Below, one piece after another: positions 8,811 to 18,406 of a stretch of 64,000 bases of DNA. Position numbers and translations under genes: made by a program. The notes beneath the pieces are model-generated. The model had not been told where the DNA came from and ran no database searches. It worked only from the letters and a program-made list of their open reading frames with translations. The DNA lies in the NCBI GenBank assembly GCA_027449025.1, contig DAIDMK010000014.1:27-64026 (forward strand). Direction: 5' to 3'. The DNA is from Lutibacter sp. (GTDB taxonomy: Bacteria > Bacteroidota > Bacteroidia > Flavobacteriales > Flavobacteriaceae). Position 1 is the first letter of the stretch; each line of letters starts with the position of its first letter.

Positions 8811-9506
8811 CTAAATAAAATTCCAATCAAATAGTTTAAAGATTTTTATCCAATCAGTTGGAAAAGAAGCATTTAATTCAATTCTATCATTGGTCAAGGG
8901 TTGTGTAAAATGAAGAGAGTACGCATGTAAAAATAATTTCTCACAATCAAAATTTTTTTCGAACATTCTGTTGTGAAACCGATCTCCATATTTATAATCA
9001 CCAACTATTGGGTGATTTATTTTATTTAAATGAATTCGAAGTTGGTGCATTCTTCCAGTGGCTGGTGTTAATTTTACTAGACTGTATCGAGAATTTTCAT
9101 AAGGAATTACAGGGATTTCAAGTGATTTTTTATGAATGGGCTCGCAAAAGGTTTCTGCATCTTTATATATTTTGGTGTCAGGATTTTTAACGGGAGAATC
9201 TATCACCAAGGCTAAATCAACAAATCCGCGCACAATACCATAATAGGTTTTTTGAATTTGGTTAGTATTGAACAACTCCTGAAAAACAGCAACATCCTCT
9301 TTTTGTTTTGCCAGCATTAAAACACCCGATGTTTTTCTGTCCAATCTGTGAACCGGGTAAAAATGGCATCCAAATTGTGCGAAAAGTAAATCCAGTAAAG
9401 TTTCCTCCTTAATGTTACGTGCATAATAAGAATTGTGAATTAATACATTGTTGGGTTTGTTTACAATAATAATATGGAGGTCTTCAAATAGGATTTCAAT
9501 TTTCAT
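8811..9506 (-). CDS. RluA-family pseudouridine synthase
   Basis: Catalytic motif HRLDRKTSG; 231 aa. Confidence 0.9.
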   Translation of the reverse strand: MKIEILFEDLHIIIVNKPNNVLIHNSYYARNIKEETLLDLLFAQFGCHFYPVHRLDRKTSGVLMLAKQKEDVAVFQELFNTNQIQKTYYGIVRGFVDLALVIDSPVKNPDTKIYKDAETFCEPIHKKSLEIPVIPYENSRYSLVKLTPATGRMHQLRIHLNKINHPIVGDYKYGDRFHNRMFEKNFDCEKLFLHAYSLHFTQPLTNDRIELNASFPTDWIKIFKLFDWNFI

Positions 9507-9730
9507 TTTGCAAATATACAGGTAAATGAATTGGTTTTAACCATCCGGACTCTTCCTTCAACAAAAGTCTATATAAAGTATATTTTCTAGCAATCTCAGC
9601 TATTTTTAACACATTTTTAGCATTACAGATGTGTGAATCTTGTAACTAATCTAAAAAAAGATGTAACTTTATCCTGTATATTATTTCGCAAATTTGCAGC
9701 ATATAATTTCACCATTTAAACACTAATAAA

Positions 9731-10213
9731 ATGAAAAAAATAATAGTATTTGTACTTTTAGCATCCTTGGTTATTTCTTGTGGAACTCCAAAAACAGTAA
9801 TCCAGTCTAAAAAAGTAATTAAAGGATACTGGTCATTAGACCAAATTAACTACAGTGAAGCAGGAACATTTGACGTAACCTTGTTGAATGATGCTTCCAA
9901 AGAATGTTTCATCGGAAGCACATGGCGTTTTATTCCAAACAACAATACTGGAATATACACTATAACTGATGCACATTGTGTACCAACTGGTGATCGTAAT
10001 TTCAATTTTACCATTCAGGAAATCGATAACAATACCGGACTTTACGATTTCTTATTAAAACCTACTGATGTAAAACACAAATCTGAATACAATACAGGTT
10101 TCAGACTTCAATTGACACAATTGACAGAGACTACGATGAGATGGGAGCAAACCGTTTCAGTAGATGGAAAACCATTTAAAATTTATATGAACTTTAATAA
10201 AATAAACGAATAA
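9731..10213 (+). CDS. Lipoprotein, probably lipocalin-like
   Basis: Lipobox signal peptide MKKIIVFVLLASLVISC. The size and the beta-rich GYWSL... pattern are consistent with a lipocalin-like domain. Confidence 0.6.
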   Translation: MKKIIVFVLLASLVISCGTPKTVIQSKKVIKGYWSLDQINYSEAGTFDVTLLNDASKECFIGSTWRFIPNNNTGIYTITDAHCVPTGDRNFNFTIQEIDNNTGLYDFLLKPTDVKHKSEYNTGFRLQLTQLTETTMRWEQTVSVDGKPFKIYMNFNKINE

Positions 10214-10926
10214 TGAAAACATTCTTTAAAAAAACAACATTGGCTGCTTTAACACTAATTTTAGTAGTTGGTTTAAGTAGTTGTGAAGCTACCAAAAACG
10301 CAAATAGCGCACAAAAAGGCGCCGTAATTGGAACCGCCGGAGGTGCAATATTGGGTGCTATTATAGGAAATAACACTGGCAAAAAGGGAAGTGGGGGAGA
10401 ATTAGGTGCTGTAATTGGCGGTGTTGTAGGTGGAACAGCCGGTGTGCTTATCGGAAATAAAATGGACAAACAAGCTCAAAAAATTGAGGAAGAAATTCCT
10501 GGGGCTAAAGTTGAACGTATTGATGATGGTATTTTGGTGACATTTGATGAAAATAGTGGGGTTCATTTTGACACCAATAAATACAACATTAACTCAGATT
10601 CTGAAGCAATGCTTACCAAATTAGCGAGTATCTTAAAAGAATACCCAGATACAAATGTATTGGTAGTAGGACATACAGACAGCGTTGGCGCAGATGATTA
10701 CAATATGACGCTTTCTGAAAAAAGAGCTTACTCAGTAACCAATTATTTTGTTCAAAATAAAGGATTAAGTACCTCACGTTTTACAACATCTTGGTATGGT
10801 GAAGAACAACCGATAGCTGATAACGCCACTGTTGAAGGTCGCGCAAAAAACCGAAGGGTAAATGTGGCAATTGTTCCAAATGAAAAAATGAAAAATGACG
10901 CTGAAAAAGAAGCTGGACAAAACTAA
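10213..10926 (+). CDS. OmpA-family lipoprotein with an N-terminal glycine-zipper segment
   Basis: Lipobox (GLSSC), a Gly-zipper (GAVIGTAGGAILGAIIGNN...GAVIGGVVGGTAGVLIG), and the OmpA_C motif (VVGHTDSVGADDYNMTLSEKRA...NRRV). Confidence 0.9.
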   Translation: MKTFFKKTTLAALTLILVVGLSSCEATKNANSAQKGAVIGTAGGAILGAIIGNNTGKKGSGGELGAVIGGVVGGTAGVLIGNKMDKQAQKIEEEIPGAKVERIDDGILVTFDENSGVHFDTNKYNINSDSEAMLTKLASILKEYPDTNVLVVGHTDSVGADDYNMTLSEKRAYSVTNYFVQNKGLSTSRFTTSWYGEEQPIADNATVEGRAKNRRVNVAIVPNEKMKNDAEKEAGQN

Positions 10927-10947
10927 TAATAGCCCTAAATTCTTATT

Positions 10948-10978
10948 AAACCCGAAACAAGTTGTTTCGGGTTTTTTG
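10948..10978 (+). terminator. Rho-independent terminator after the OmpA-family gene
   Basis: AACCCGAAACA-AGT-TGTTTCGGGTT followed by a T-run. Confidence 0.8.
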
Positions 10979-11107
10979 TTTGAGGTGACTTCTAAACTTT
11001 ATGCTAAAATTCAACTGTTAAAACATTCTTTTTAACTTTCAAACTTTTCAACTTATAACTACCTTGCTGGCCTAAAATTTAAAGCAGTGCAAGGTATCGT
11101 TGACAGC

Positions 11108-11854
11108 ATGGCACAATTCCATTTATCGTGGCTAAACTGGTTTTTGGCATTTTTAGCTTCCTTTATTCTTGGGATGGGAAAAGCTGGTGTTAAAGGACTT
11201 GGGGTTTTAATAGTTACATTAATGGCTATTTTATTTGGCGGAAAAGCTTCTACAGGGATTTTAATTCCGCTTATGGTTGCTGCCGACATTTTGGCTGTTT
11301 TTTATTATAACCGGCATACACAATGGAAGTTTTTGTTGAAAATATTGCCAACCATGGTTTTGGGCGTATTGATAGGCGTGTGGTTTGGAAATGACATCTC
11401 AGAAAGACTATTCAAACAAATCATGGCTATTTTCATTATTTTAACCGTTATTATGATGGTTTGGATGGATCGAAAAAAAAATATGGCGGTCCCAAAACAT
11501 TGGTTTTTTGCCAGCAGTATGGGGCTTTTATCTGGAATTACATCGATGATTGGAAATTTAGCAGGTTCTTTTGCAGATATCTATTTTTTGGCGGTTAGAT
11601 TGCCTAAAAATCAATTTATCGGTACTGCAGCTTGGTTATTTTTAATCATTAATGTGTTTAAATTGCCATTTCATATTTTTGTTTGGAAAACGGTAACTTC
11701 GGAAAGCCTTCTGCTGAATTTATTTCTGACTCCAGGAATTTTGTTCGGTTTTTTAAGCGGTGTGACCTTGGTTAAATTGTTAAACAATGAAGTTTACCGC
11801 AAATTTATTATGATAGTTACCGCTATGGGCGCTTTGCTGATGTTATTTAGATAG
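11108..11854 (+). CDS. TauE/SafE-family sulfite/anion exporter membrane protein
   Basis: Polytopic membrane protein whose repeat architecture is typical of TauE. The ATG at 11108 is preferred over the GTG at 11087. Confidence 0.75.
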   Translation: MAQFHLSWLNWFLAFLASFILGMGKAGVKGLGVLIVTLMAILFGGKASTGILIPLMVAADILAVFYYNRHTQWKFLLKILPTMVLGVLIGVWFGNDISERLFKQIMAIFIILTVIMMVWMDRKKNMAVPKHWFFASSMGLLSGITSMIGNLAGSFADIYFLAVRLPKNQFIGTAAWLFLIINVFKLPFHIFVWKTVTSESLLLNLFLTPGILFGFLSGVTLVKLLNNEVYRKFIMIVTAMGALLMLFR

Positions 11855-11875
11855 ATAATTTTAAACTAAATCATT

Positions 11876-12061
11876 ATGGAAGAACATTTTTTTCAATGTC
11901 CGTATTGTTGGGAAGAAATTTCAATGTTAATGGATACTTCAGTAAGCAATCAAACCTATATTGAAGATTGCGAGATCTGTTGCAATCCCATCGAAATAAA
12001 TCCAATATTTGAAAACGGTGAATTAATTTCTTTACATATTAAAAGTGAAGAGGAGCAGTGA
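11876..12061 (+). CDS. CPXCG-motif cysteine-rich small protein (zinc-ribbon-like)
   Basis: 61 aa with CPYC...CEICC cysteine pairs. Confidence 0.75.
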   Translation: MEEHFFQCPYCWEEISMLMDTSVSNQTYIEDCEICCNPIEINPIFENGELISLHIKSEEEQ

Positions 12062-12063
12062 AT

Positions 12064-12363
12064 TTACTTTGATGAAATAGCCTGTTTTAATTGAGCAACT
12101 GTTTGCATGCCAGATTGTCTCCAAACTTGCTTTCCTTGTTTAAAAACCATAAAAGTAGGAACTCCCTGTACTTGATATTTCGCTGCCAATGCCGGATTGG
12201 TATCTACATTTATTTTTATGATACTTATCGAATCCTTTAGTTCAGCTTTTAATTGTTTTAAAACAGGCGCCATGTTTTTACATGGTCCGCACCAATCTGC
12301 ATAAAAATCAATCAAAACAGGAACATTTTGATTTATGATATCGTTGAATGATTTCTTCATCAT
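12064..12363 (-). CDS. trxA: Thioredoxin
   Basis: WCGPC active site; about 98 aa. Confidence 0.9.
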   Translation of the reverse strand: MMKKSFNDIINQNVPVLIDFYADWCGPCKNMAPVLKQLKAELKDSISIIKINVDTNPALAAKYQVQGVPTFMVFKQGKQVWRQSGMQTVAQLKQAISSK

Positions 12364-12450
12364 AATTTATTTAAACAATATTTAAAGTTACAAAAACTCC
12401 GATAATTAAGGAATATATTAATCGAAAAGTTTATTTTGATCTTAAAACCA

Positions 12451-13680
12451 TTAAACCGATTTAAAGCGCATTTTTTTAATAATTTGCGGATTTCCAGATA
12501 CTTTTAAATAAACAAGAATCAACAGAGCCATTGTGCTGCAAATAAGAAATCCCACAAATAACGGCAGGGCGGTGGCTGTAACAAATTTCCCTATAAAAGT
12601 ACTGATGGGAACTGCCAAGATCGTCGACAGAAAACCCGTAATTGCGGCACCTATGCCAGCAATATGACCGATTGGTTCCATAGCTAAAGCCCTTAAATTC
12701 CCAAATAAAAATCCGATTGCAAAAAACTGTAATCCGAAAAAAGATAACAAAATACCAATACTTGGATTTGCGGAATTCATAAATAATATTATATAAAGCA
12801 AGGAAACGCTAAAAAACGAGAGTAACGCAGTGGTCACTATTTTTTCCATGCCATATTTTAAAACAAGTGTGGCGTTTAAAAAAGTAGAAGTACCTATGGC
12901 GATGGACAAACCCGCAAAAATAAAGGGAAACTGTTCTATTAAATCATATTGTATTTGAAACACCTGTTGCGCAGTACTTAAATATACCATAAAGGAACCC
13001 GTAACAAAACCAGATATCATAGTAAAACCAATGGTTCTTTTTGATTTTGAAAGTTCTTTTAAACCATTCGAAAAAATGGCACTTGAAAATTTTATACGAT
13101 GTGCTTTTAATAAAGTTTCAGGCTGTCTTTTCCAAAACCAAAATGAAACTAAAATGCTAAAAATCAATTGAATGTAAAATATAGCTTGCCAATTGTAATG
13201 GTCCAAAACAAATTTTCCCATAGCAGGAGCAATCACTGGCACTAAAAGAAATACAGATGTAATAAACGACATGATTCTTGCCATATAATTACCAGAAAAA
13301 GTGTCGCGAACCATAGCAATACTGATGGTTCTTGGTGCAGAAAGTCCAATTCCTTGTAAAATTCGACCTGCAACCATCATCTCTAGGCTTTCTGAAAACA
13401 CACAAATTAAACTGGCAAGAATAAATAGTCCAAATCCCATAAAAACAACGGGTTTTCTACCCAAACTGTCTGAAATTGGACCAAAAAACAAAGGACCTAA
13501 GCCAAGTCCCAAAAATATCATGGTAATTAACAATTGGTTGTCAACCGCTTGAGTTACACCGATTGAAAATCCGATATAATCTAATGCTGGTAATAGAGCG
13601 TCTATCGCTAATGCAACAATTGACATCAAGGATGCCATTAAGGCAATGAATTCAAATTGTACTAAACCTTTTTTTTGCAT
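12451..13680 (-). CDS. MFS transporter, Bcr/CflA-type drug efflux
   Basis: 12-TM profile, with the MFS motif GPISDSLGRKP between TM2 and TM3. Confidence 0.8.
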   Translation of the reverse strand: MQKKGLVQFEFIALMASLMSIVALAIDALLPALDYIGFSIGVTQAVDNQLLITMIFLGLGLGPLFFGPISDSLGRKPVVFMGFGLFILASLICVFSESLEMMVAGRILQGIGLSAPRTISIAMVRDTFSGNYMARIMSFITSVFLLVPVIAPAMGKFVLDHYNWQAIFYIQLIFSILVSFWFWKRQPETLLKAHRIKFSSAIFSNGLKELSKSKRTIGFTMISGFVTGSFMVYLSTAQQVFQIQYDLIEQFPFIFAGLSIAIGTSTFLNATLVLKYGMEKIVTTALLSFFSVSLLYIILFMNSANPSIGILLSFFGLQFFAIGFLFGNLRALAMEPIGHIAGIGAAITGFLSTILAVPISTFIGKFVTATALPLFVGFLICSTMALLILVYLKVSGNPQIIKKMRFKSV

Positions 13681-13783
13681 TGTGCAAATGTACAGTATAG
13701 TATTTGGGGTAAAGCGTTTTTCTCATTGTAAAAAGCGATTACACAATAAGAATTTGTAATTTGCAGTATATAAAAGCGTATTT

Positions 13784-14386
13784 ATGAATTTATTAACCTT
13801 AAAGAAAAATATTAAAGGTATTGATATTTATGTTTTAGATCAGATTTTAAAAGATCTTTATCAGCCAGGAACTAAAATTTTAGATGCTGGATGTGGTAGC
13901 GGCAGAAACTTAAAATGGTTTTATCAGTCGGATTTTGAAATCCACGGAACGGATACTGATACAGAACAATTACTGAGATGCAAAGAATTATATCCAGCGC
14001 AAAAAGCTAATTTTATTCATGCTAACATTGAAAAAATGCCTTATAAAGCAAATAGTTTTGACCATATTGTTTGTAATGCTGCATTGCATTTCGCTGAAGA
14101 TTTAAGCCATTTTTTAAAAATGTTTGAAGAATTGTTGCGTGTATTGAAACCTAAGGGTAGTTTATTTATAAGAATCGCATCTAATTTTGGGATTGAAAAT
14201 CTTGTTATATTATTAGATCACGGAATTTATAAATTGCCCGATGGTACCACCAGATTTTTATTGACACCTGAAATTTTAGAAGATCTCCAAAATAATAAGG
14301 ACGTTTTATTTATAGAAGACATTAAAACTACGATTGTTCACAATAAAAGAAGTATGACTACATTGGTGATTAAAAAGGAGGGATAA
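13784..14386 (+). CDS. Class I SAM-dependent methyltransferase
   Basis: Motif I ILDAGCGSGRN. Confidence 0.85.
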   Translation: MNLLTLKKNIKGIDIYVLDQILKDLYQPGTKILDAGCGSGRNLKWFYQSDFEIHGTDTDTEQLLRCKELYPAQKANFIHANIEKMPYKANSFDHIVCNAALHFAEDLSHFLKMFEELLRVLKPKGSLFIRIASNFGIENLVILLDHGIYKLPDGTTRFLLTPEILEDLQNNKDVLFIEDIKTTIVHNKRSMTTLVIKKEG

Positions 14387-14447
14387 TAGGTGGCGATATG
14401 ACGAGTTTAAAATATTCTATTTAACATAATATAAATTATAATACAAA

Positions 14448-14832
14448 TATACAGTAATTGCTGTATAGCCGTATTTCAGGCTATTTACACATAATTGCAG
14501 ATATAGTGCCTTTAGGTCTATATCGTCAGCAATTATGTTAAAAGCAATTACGGCTTAAGTTCTATATCCTATTCGATAGTTATAATTGCATATTATGTTA
14601 AATATCCCAGAAGCCATTTATTTCTTTACGATATTTAGTACTTGGGTTAAGATAATTTCAAATATGCGATTCTCCGTAAACAGTATTTAGGAAACCATTT
14701 GTAATTATAATTTGCCATTATGCTAAATTGCCGCTGCCAAACCTCCAATAATTTTTAAAATTTTCTTCATAGTAATTGTGTTTTTATTATATTGTTCACA
14801 AGATATAGCTCGATTGTAAATGGCTATATCTT
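14448..14832. repeat. Cluster of related hairpins/palindromes in an ORF-free convergent spacer
   Basis: H1 TATACAG-6-CTGTATA (14448-14467). H2 ACATAATTGC..GATATAG...CTATATC..GCAATTATGT (14489-14538). H3 AAGATATAGC-13-GCTATATCTT (14800-14832). Recurring ATTATGTTAAA and GATATAG words. Confidence 0.5.
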
Positions 14833-14879
14833 GAATTGTAATCTTTAATTATTTCAAAAGTTCTCACGTATAGAATAAT

Positions 14880-15887
14880 TTAAAAACCTTCTAAAACAAT
14901 CTTACCTTTTGCTTTTCCTGTTTCTAGGAATGCATGTGCTTTACGAAGGTTTTCAGCATTAATAATTCCGAAATTTTCACCTAAAGTGGTTTTAATGGTT
15001 CCGTTATCTATTAAAGTTGATATTTCGTTTAAAATATTGTGTTGCTCAATCATATCTTCGGTTTGAAACATAGATCGTGTAAACATAAACTCGATATGTG
15101 TGGAAACCGCTTTCGTTTTAAAAGGCATCACATTAAACGATTTTGGATCATCAATAAAACCAAATCTTCCTTGTGGTTTAATTAGTTTAACGATCTCATC
15201 TGCGTGTTGCTCCGTTCCGTTTAAACTCACTACATAATCTGGTGTAGCAAGATTGTATTTCTCTAATTCTTCACTTAATTTATGTCTATGGTTTATAACT
15301 GAATCTGCACCCAATTCTTTTAACCATGCTGTAGTTTCTTCTCGAGAAGCAGTACCAATAATGTTCAGTTTTGTTAGCTTTTTAGCCAATTGTACCAAAA
15401 TAGATCCTACACCACCAGCAGCACCAATTACTAAAATAGATTTACTAGCGTCATCCTTTGAAACTTGTAATCTATCAAACAACATTTCATAAGCTGTAAG
15501 TGTTGTTAATGGCAAAGCAGCAGCTTCTGCATAAGATAAACTTGAAGGTTTTTTACCAACAATACGTTCATCTACAATTTGGTATTGTGCATAACTTCCT
15601 TGACGCGTAAAATCGCCAGCATACCAAACTTCGTCACCAACCTTAAATAAAGAGACATCTTCACCAACTTCTTTTACTATTCCAGTAGCATCCCAACCAA
15701 TAACTTTCCAATCATCACCTTCTACTGGCATTCCTGCACGTACTTTGTAATCTGCTGGATTTACAGAAATGGCTTTAATTTCTACTAAAATATCTTTTCC
15801 ACTAGCTTTTGGTGTTTTTAATTCTATGTCTTGTAACGAGTTTTTATCTTCAATTGGAAGATTCTCTTTATATCCTATTGCTTTCAT
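14880..15887 (-). CDS. Zinc-binding alcohol dehydrogenase family / quinone oxidoreductase-like (MDR superfamily)
   Basis: 335 aa. Rossmann motif GAAGGVGS and an N-terminal GroES-like fold pattern (ISVNPADYKVR). Confidence 0.85.
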   Translation of the reverse strand: MKAIGYKENLPIEDKNSLQDIELKTPKASGKDILVEIKAISVNPADYKVRAGMPVEGDDWKVIGWDATGIVKEVGEDVSLFKVGDEVWYAGDFTRQGSYAQYQIVDERIVGKKPSSLSYAEAAALPLTTLTAYEMLFDRLQVSKDDASKSILVIGAAGGVGSILVQLAKKLTKLNIIGTASREETTAWLKELGADSVINHRHKLSEELEKYNLATPDYVVSLNGTEQHADEIVKLIKPQGRFGFIDDPKSFNVMPFKTKAVSTHIEFMFTRSMFQTEDMIEQHNILNEISTLIDNGTIKTTLGENFGIINAENLRKAHAFLETGKAKGKIVLEGF

Positions 15888-15930
15888 TTTTATTGTTTTT
15901 TAGATTTGAATACATACTTAAATGTATTGT

Positions 15931-15947
15931 ACTATAATTTTTATAGT
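15931..15947. promoter_or_regulatory. Palindrome ACTATAA-TTT-TTATAGT in the oxidoreductase/HxlR divergent region
   Basis: Perfect 7-bp arms. The TATAGT/ACTATA hexamer recurs at least 7 times between 15931 and 16090. Confidence 0.3.
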
Positions 15948-16053
15948 GACAAAAGTAAGTATAGTAATTTAAACTCGCAATAACGGTCGAAAAGGATAGT
16001 ATAAAAAAATATCACAACACACTGTTTTACAATTGATTGAATGATAAAAATAT

Positions 16054-16070
16054 ACTATAAAAAATATAGT
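16054..16070. promoter_or_regulatory. Palindrome ACTATA-AAAAA-TATAGT; candidate HxlR operator
   Basis: Perfect 6-bp arms, about 75 bp upstream of the HxlR ATG. Confidence 0.3.
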
Positions 16071-16142
16071 TGTATAATTTAGTATAGTGTTATATCTTTG
16101 TGCGCTTAGTAAAAAAGAATATAATCATTTTATAAATATATT

Positions 16143-16487
16143 ATGTATCATTTTAATGGAAAAGAATACCCATGTTGTGCAAGTTTAACTATGGGAATAA
16201 TTGGAGGTAAATGGAAGACAGTCATTCTATTTCATTTAATTGATGGAACACTTCGATACAATGAATTAAGAAAGGAAATGCCTTCTGTTACAGAGCGTAC
16301 TTTAAGCTTACAGTTAAAGACTTTGGAAGAAGATGGCATAGTCAAAAGAAAGGTGTATACATCTAAACCTCCTTTAAAAGTTGAATATTCGTTAACCGAT
16401 TTTGGCAAAACTTTAATTCCGTTAATTAAATCTATTGCAGATTGGGGCGTTTTTGTTGTTGAGAAAAAAGGAGAAATTGTTGTATAA
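16143..16487 (+). CDS. HxlR-family winged-helix transcriptional regulator
   Basis: 114 aa with the pattern C..SLTMGIIGGKWKTVILFHL...RYNELRKEMPSVTERTLSLQLKTLEEDGIV. Confidence 0.9.
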   Translation: MYHFNGKEYPCCASLTMGIIGGKWKTVILFHLIDGTLRYNELRKEMPSVTERTLSLQLKTLEEDGIVKRKVYTSKPPLKVEYSLTDFGKTLIPLIKSIADWGVFVVEKKGEIVV

Positions 16488-16790
16488 GAATTAATATTAG
16501 TTTTTAACTATACCATTCCACACACATTACACTTCCCTCCTTTCGTCAGTCAGCATAATAAGTGTTTACTCGCTAATCTTTTATTTTTCAAATAAGTGCT
16601 CGTGAACCTCGTACCTCGGTTTTATTTACATTGTAGAAACTTTTAGGTACAAAACTTATAAATAAGCTTTAGTATTAGAATACCAACTTATAGATTTTAA
16701 AAAACCTCTTATGTTATAAGTGATTTTTATTTAAGCTAATAATAAGGTTCTCCAATTGATATAGTTTACAACAAGAAACGAATACTATTT

Positions 16791-18218
16791 TTATTTCAAA
16801 TAATTCCGAATTCCATAACTTGCTAAAACACCTTCTCCTGTTGCAGCAGCAACTTGTGCAATGGCACCTTCTCTACAGTCTCCAGCAGCAAATATACCAC
16901 CAACAGATGTTTGTGCTAATCCTGTAGTTTTTATAAATCCTCTTTCATCAAGGTTTATAACTCCCTTAAAAGATTTTGTATTTGGAATTAATCCAATAAA
17001 AATAAATACACCATCTGCCTCTAAAACAGCTTCTTCATGTGTAGTATTATCCTTTATTTTTAAACCGTTAAATAATCCTTTTTCATTTGAAAGAAACTCC
17101 AATGAAGTTTTATTCATATAGGTTGAAATATTCTCGATAGATTTCAATTTTTCTACATACGTTTCTGATGCCGTAAATTCTTGAGATCTATGTACAATTT
17201 TTACACTTTTACAAAAACCTGCTAAAAAGATCCCTTCTTCCAATGCTGAATTTCCACCACCTACAACAATAATATCTTTATCTCTATAAAAAGCACCATC
17301 GCAAGTGGCACAGAAATGAATTCCAGAACCTATCAATGCTTCTTCATTAGGAATATTTAATTTTCTATACGTAGAACCTGTAGATAAAACCACTGTTTTG
17401 CCTAAATACGAGGTGCTTTTTGTTTGTATTGAAAACAAATCTTTTTGCTTTTCTATGGAAACAACTTCTTCCCCCGTTTTAATTACGGCTCCATAAGTTA
17501 TTGCTTGCTCTTCCATTTTCTCCATTAATTTTGGACCAGAAATGGATTGAAATCCTGGATAATTTTCTATTTTTTCTGTTAAAAATGCGTTCCCTCCTAT
17601 GGTAGATTTTTCTAGTATTAAGCTATCAAAACGATCTCTTTGTGCATAAATAGCTGTTGTTAATCCAGCTGCTCCTCCACCAATAATAATGGTATCAAAA
17701 ATTTTATGTTGTTTCTCTATGTTTATTGAAAGCAACTCCGTTAACTTTACATTATCAGGGTTTGTATACGGAATATCATCAATCAATATTGTTGGAATTA
17801 TCCTTTTCCCTTTATTAATTTCTTCAACTTTAGCAGTTGCCCAATCGTATGTATCAACATCAATAAAGTCGAAATTAATGCCATTATCTCTTAAAAAACT
17901 TTTTGCTCTTCTACAATCTGGACACCAATCGGCTCCAAATAATTGTACGTTTCCAACTTCATTTATGCCTAAAATAGCTGCTAATTCAATATTATCTGGG
18001 TTTGTGTACGATTTATTTTTAATAATAACGGTTGGAATGATACGTTTCCCATTATTAATGGCTTCCACTTTTGCTGTTGCCTCTTTATCTAAATCTACGT
18101 CTACAAAAGTAAAATCGACATTATTTTCTTTTAAATATGCTTTTGCTCTTCTGCAATCTGGACACCAATCGGCACCATACAATAAAATTTCATTCATAAG
18201 TTTTAGTGTTTTATTCAA
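16791..18218 (-). CDS. Fusion protein: two N-terminal glutaredoxin-like domains (CPDC each) plus a thioredoxin-reductase-like flavoprotein
   Basis: Tandem repeats GADWCPDCRRAK...GKRIIPT...YTNPDN (x2), then the FAD motif IIIGGGAAGLTTA, redox centre CATCDG, a second dinucleotide motif VVGGGNSALEEG and a C-terminal FAAGDC motif. Confidence 0.85.
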   Translation of the reverse strand: MNKTLKLMNEILLYGADWCPDCRRAKAYLKENNVDFTFVDVDLDKEATAKVEAINNGKRIIPTVIIKNKSYTNPDNIELAAILGINEVGNVQLFGADWCPDCRRAKSFLRDNGINFDFIDVDTYDWATAKVEEINKGKRIIPTILIDDIPYTNPDNVKLTELLSINIEKQHKIFDTIIIGGGAAGLTTAIYAQRDRFDSLILEKSTIGGNAFLTEKIENYPGFQSISGPKLMEKMEEQAITYGAVIKTGEEVVSIEKQKDLFSIQTKSTSYLGKTVVLSTGSTYRKLNIPNEEALIGSGIHFCATCDGAFYRDKDIIVVGGGNSALEEGIFLAGFCKSVKIVHRSQEFTASETYVEKLKSIENISTYMNKTSLEFLSNEKGLFNGLKIKDNTTHEEAVLEADGVFIFIGLIPNTKSFKGVINLDERGFIKTTGLAQTSVGGIFAAGDCREGAIAQVAAATGEGVLASYGIRNYLK

Positions 18219-18406
18219 TTTTAATCTTAGACGTTAAATTTAACAAGTACTTACTCGCCTCTTCAAGTGATTCCTATTTTCAAAAAGTTAAATCAATTTA
18301 TATATAATTATGATAGCCTTTGTTTATGCTATACAAGGTGAACTATATGTAAAGTGAATTGCGGAATAGATTTCTAACAACTATATTTGATATTAAAATA
18401 ATAATT

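Noticed and set aside
10194-10469. 91-aa minus-strand Pro/Thr/Ala-rich ORF
   Set aside because: It is the mirror image of the Gly-zipper codons of the OmpA-family gene on the plus strand, so it is a compositional artefact.
14723-14770. 15-codon signal-peptide-like mini-ORF (MKKILKIIGGLAAAI)
   Set aside because: It is too short, stops immediately, and no continuation exists in any frame. I note it only as a possible gene remnant within the hairpin-rich spacer.
16518-16529. 12-mer TCCACACACATT shared with 26289-26300
   Set aside because: Many 12-mer coincidences are expected by chance in 64 kb of AT-rich DNA, and the similarity does not extend beyond the 12-mer.
17689-18237. 182-aa plus-strand ORF
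   Set aside because: It lies entirely antisense to the well-supported Grx-Grx-TrxR gene. Its internal repeat merely mirrors the duplicated Grx-like domains, and I recognise no motifs in it.
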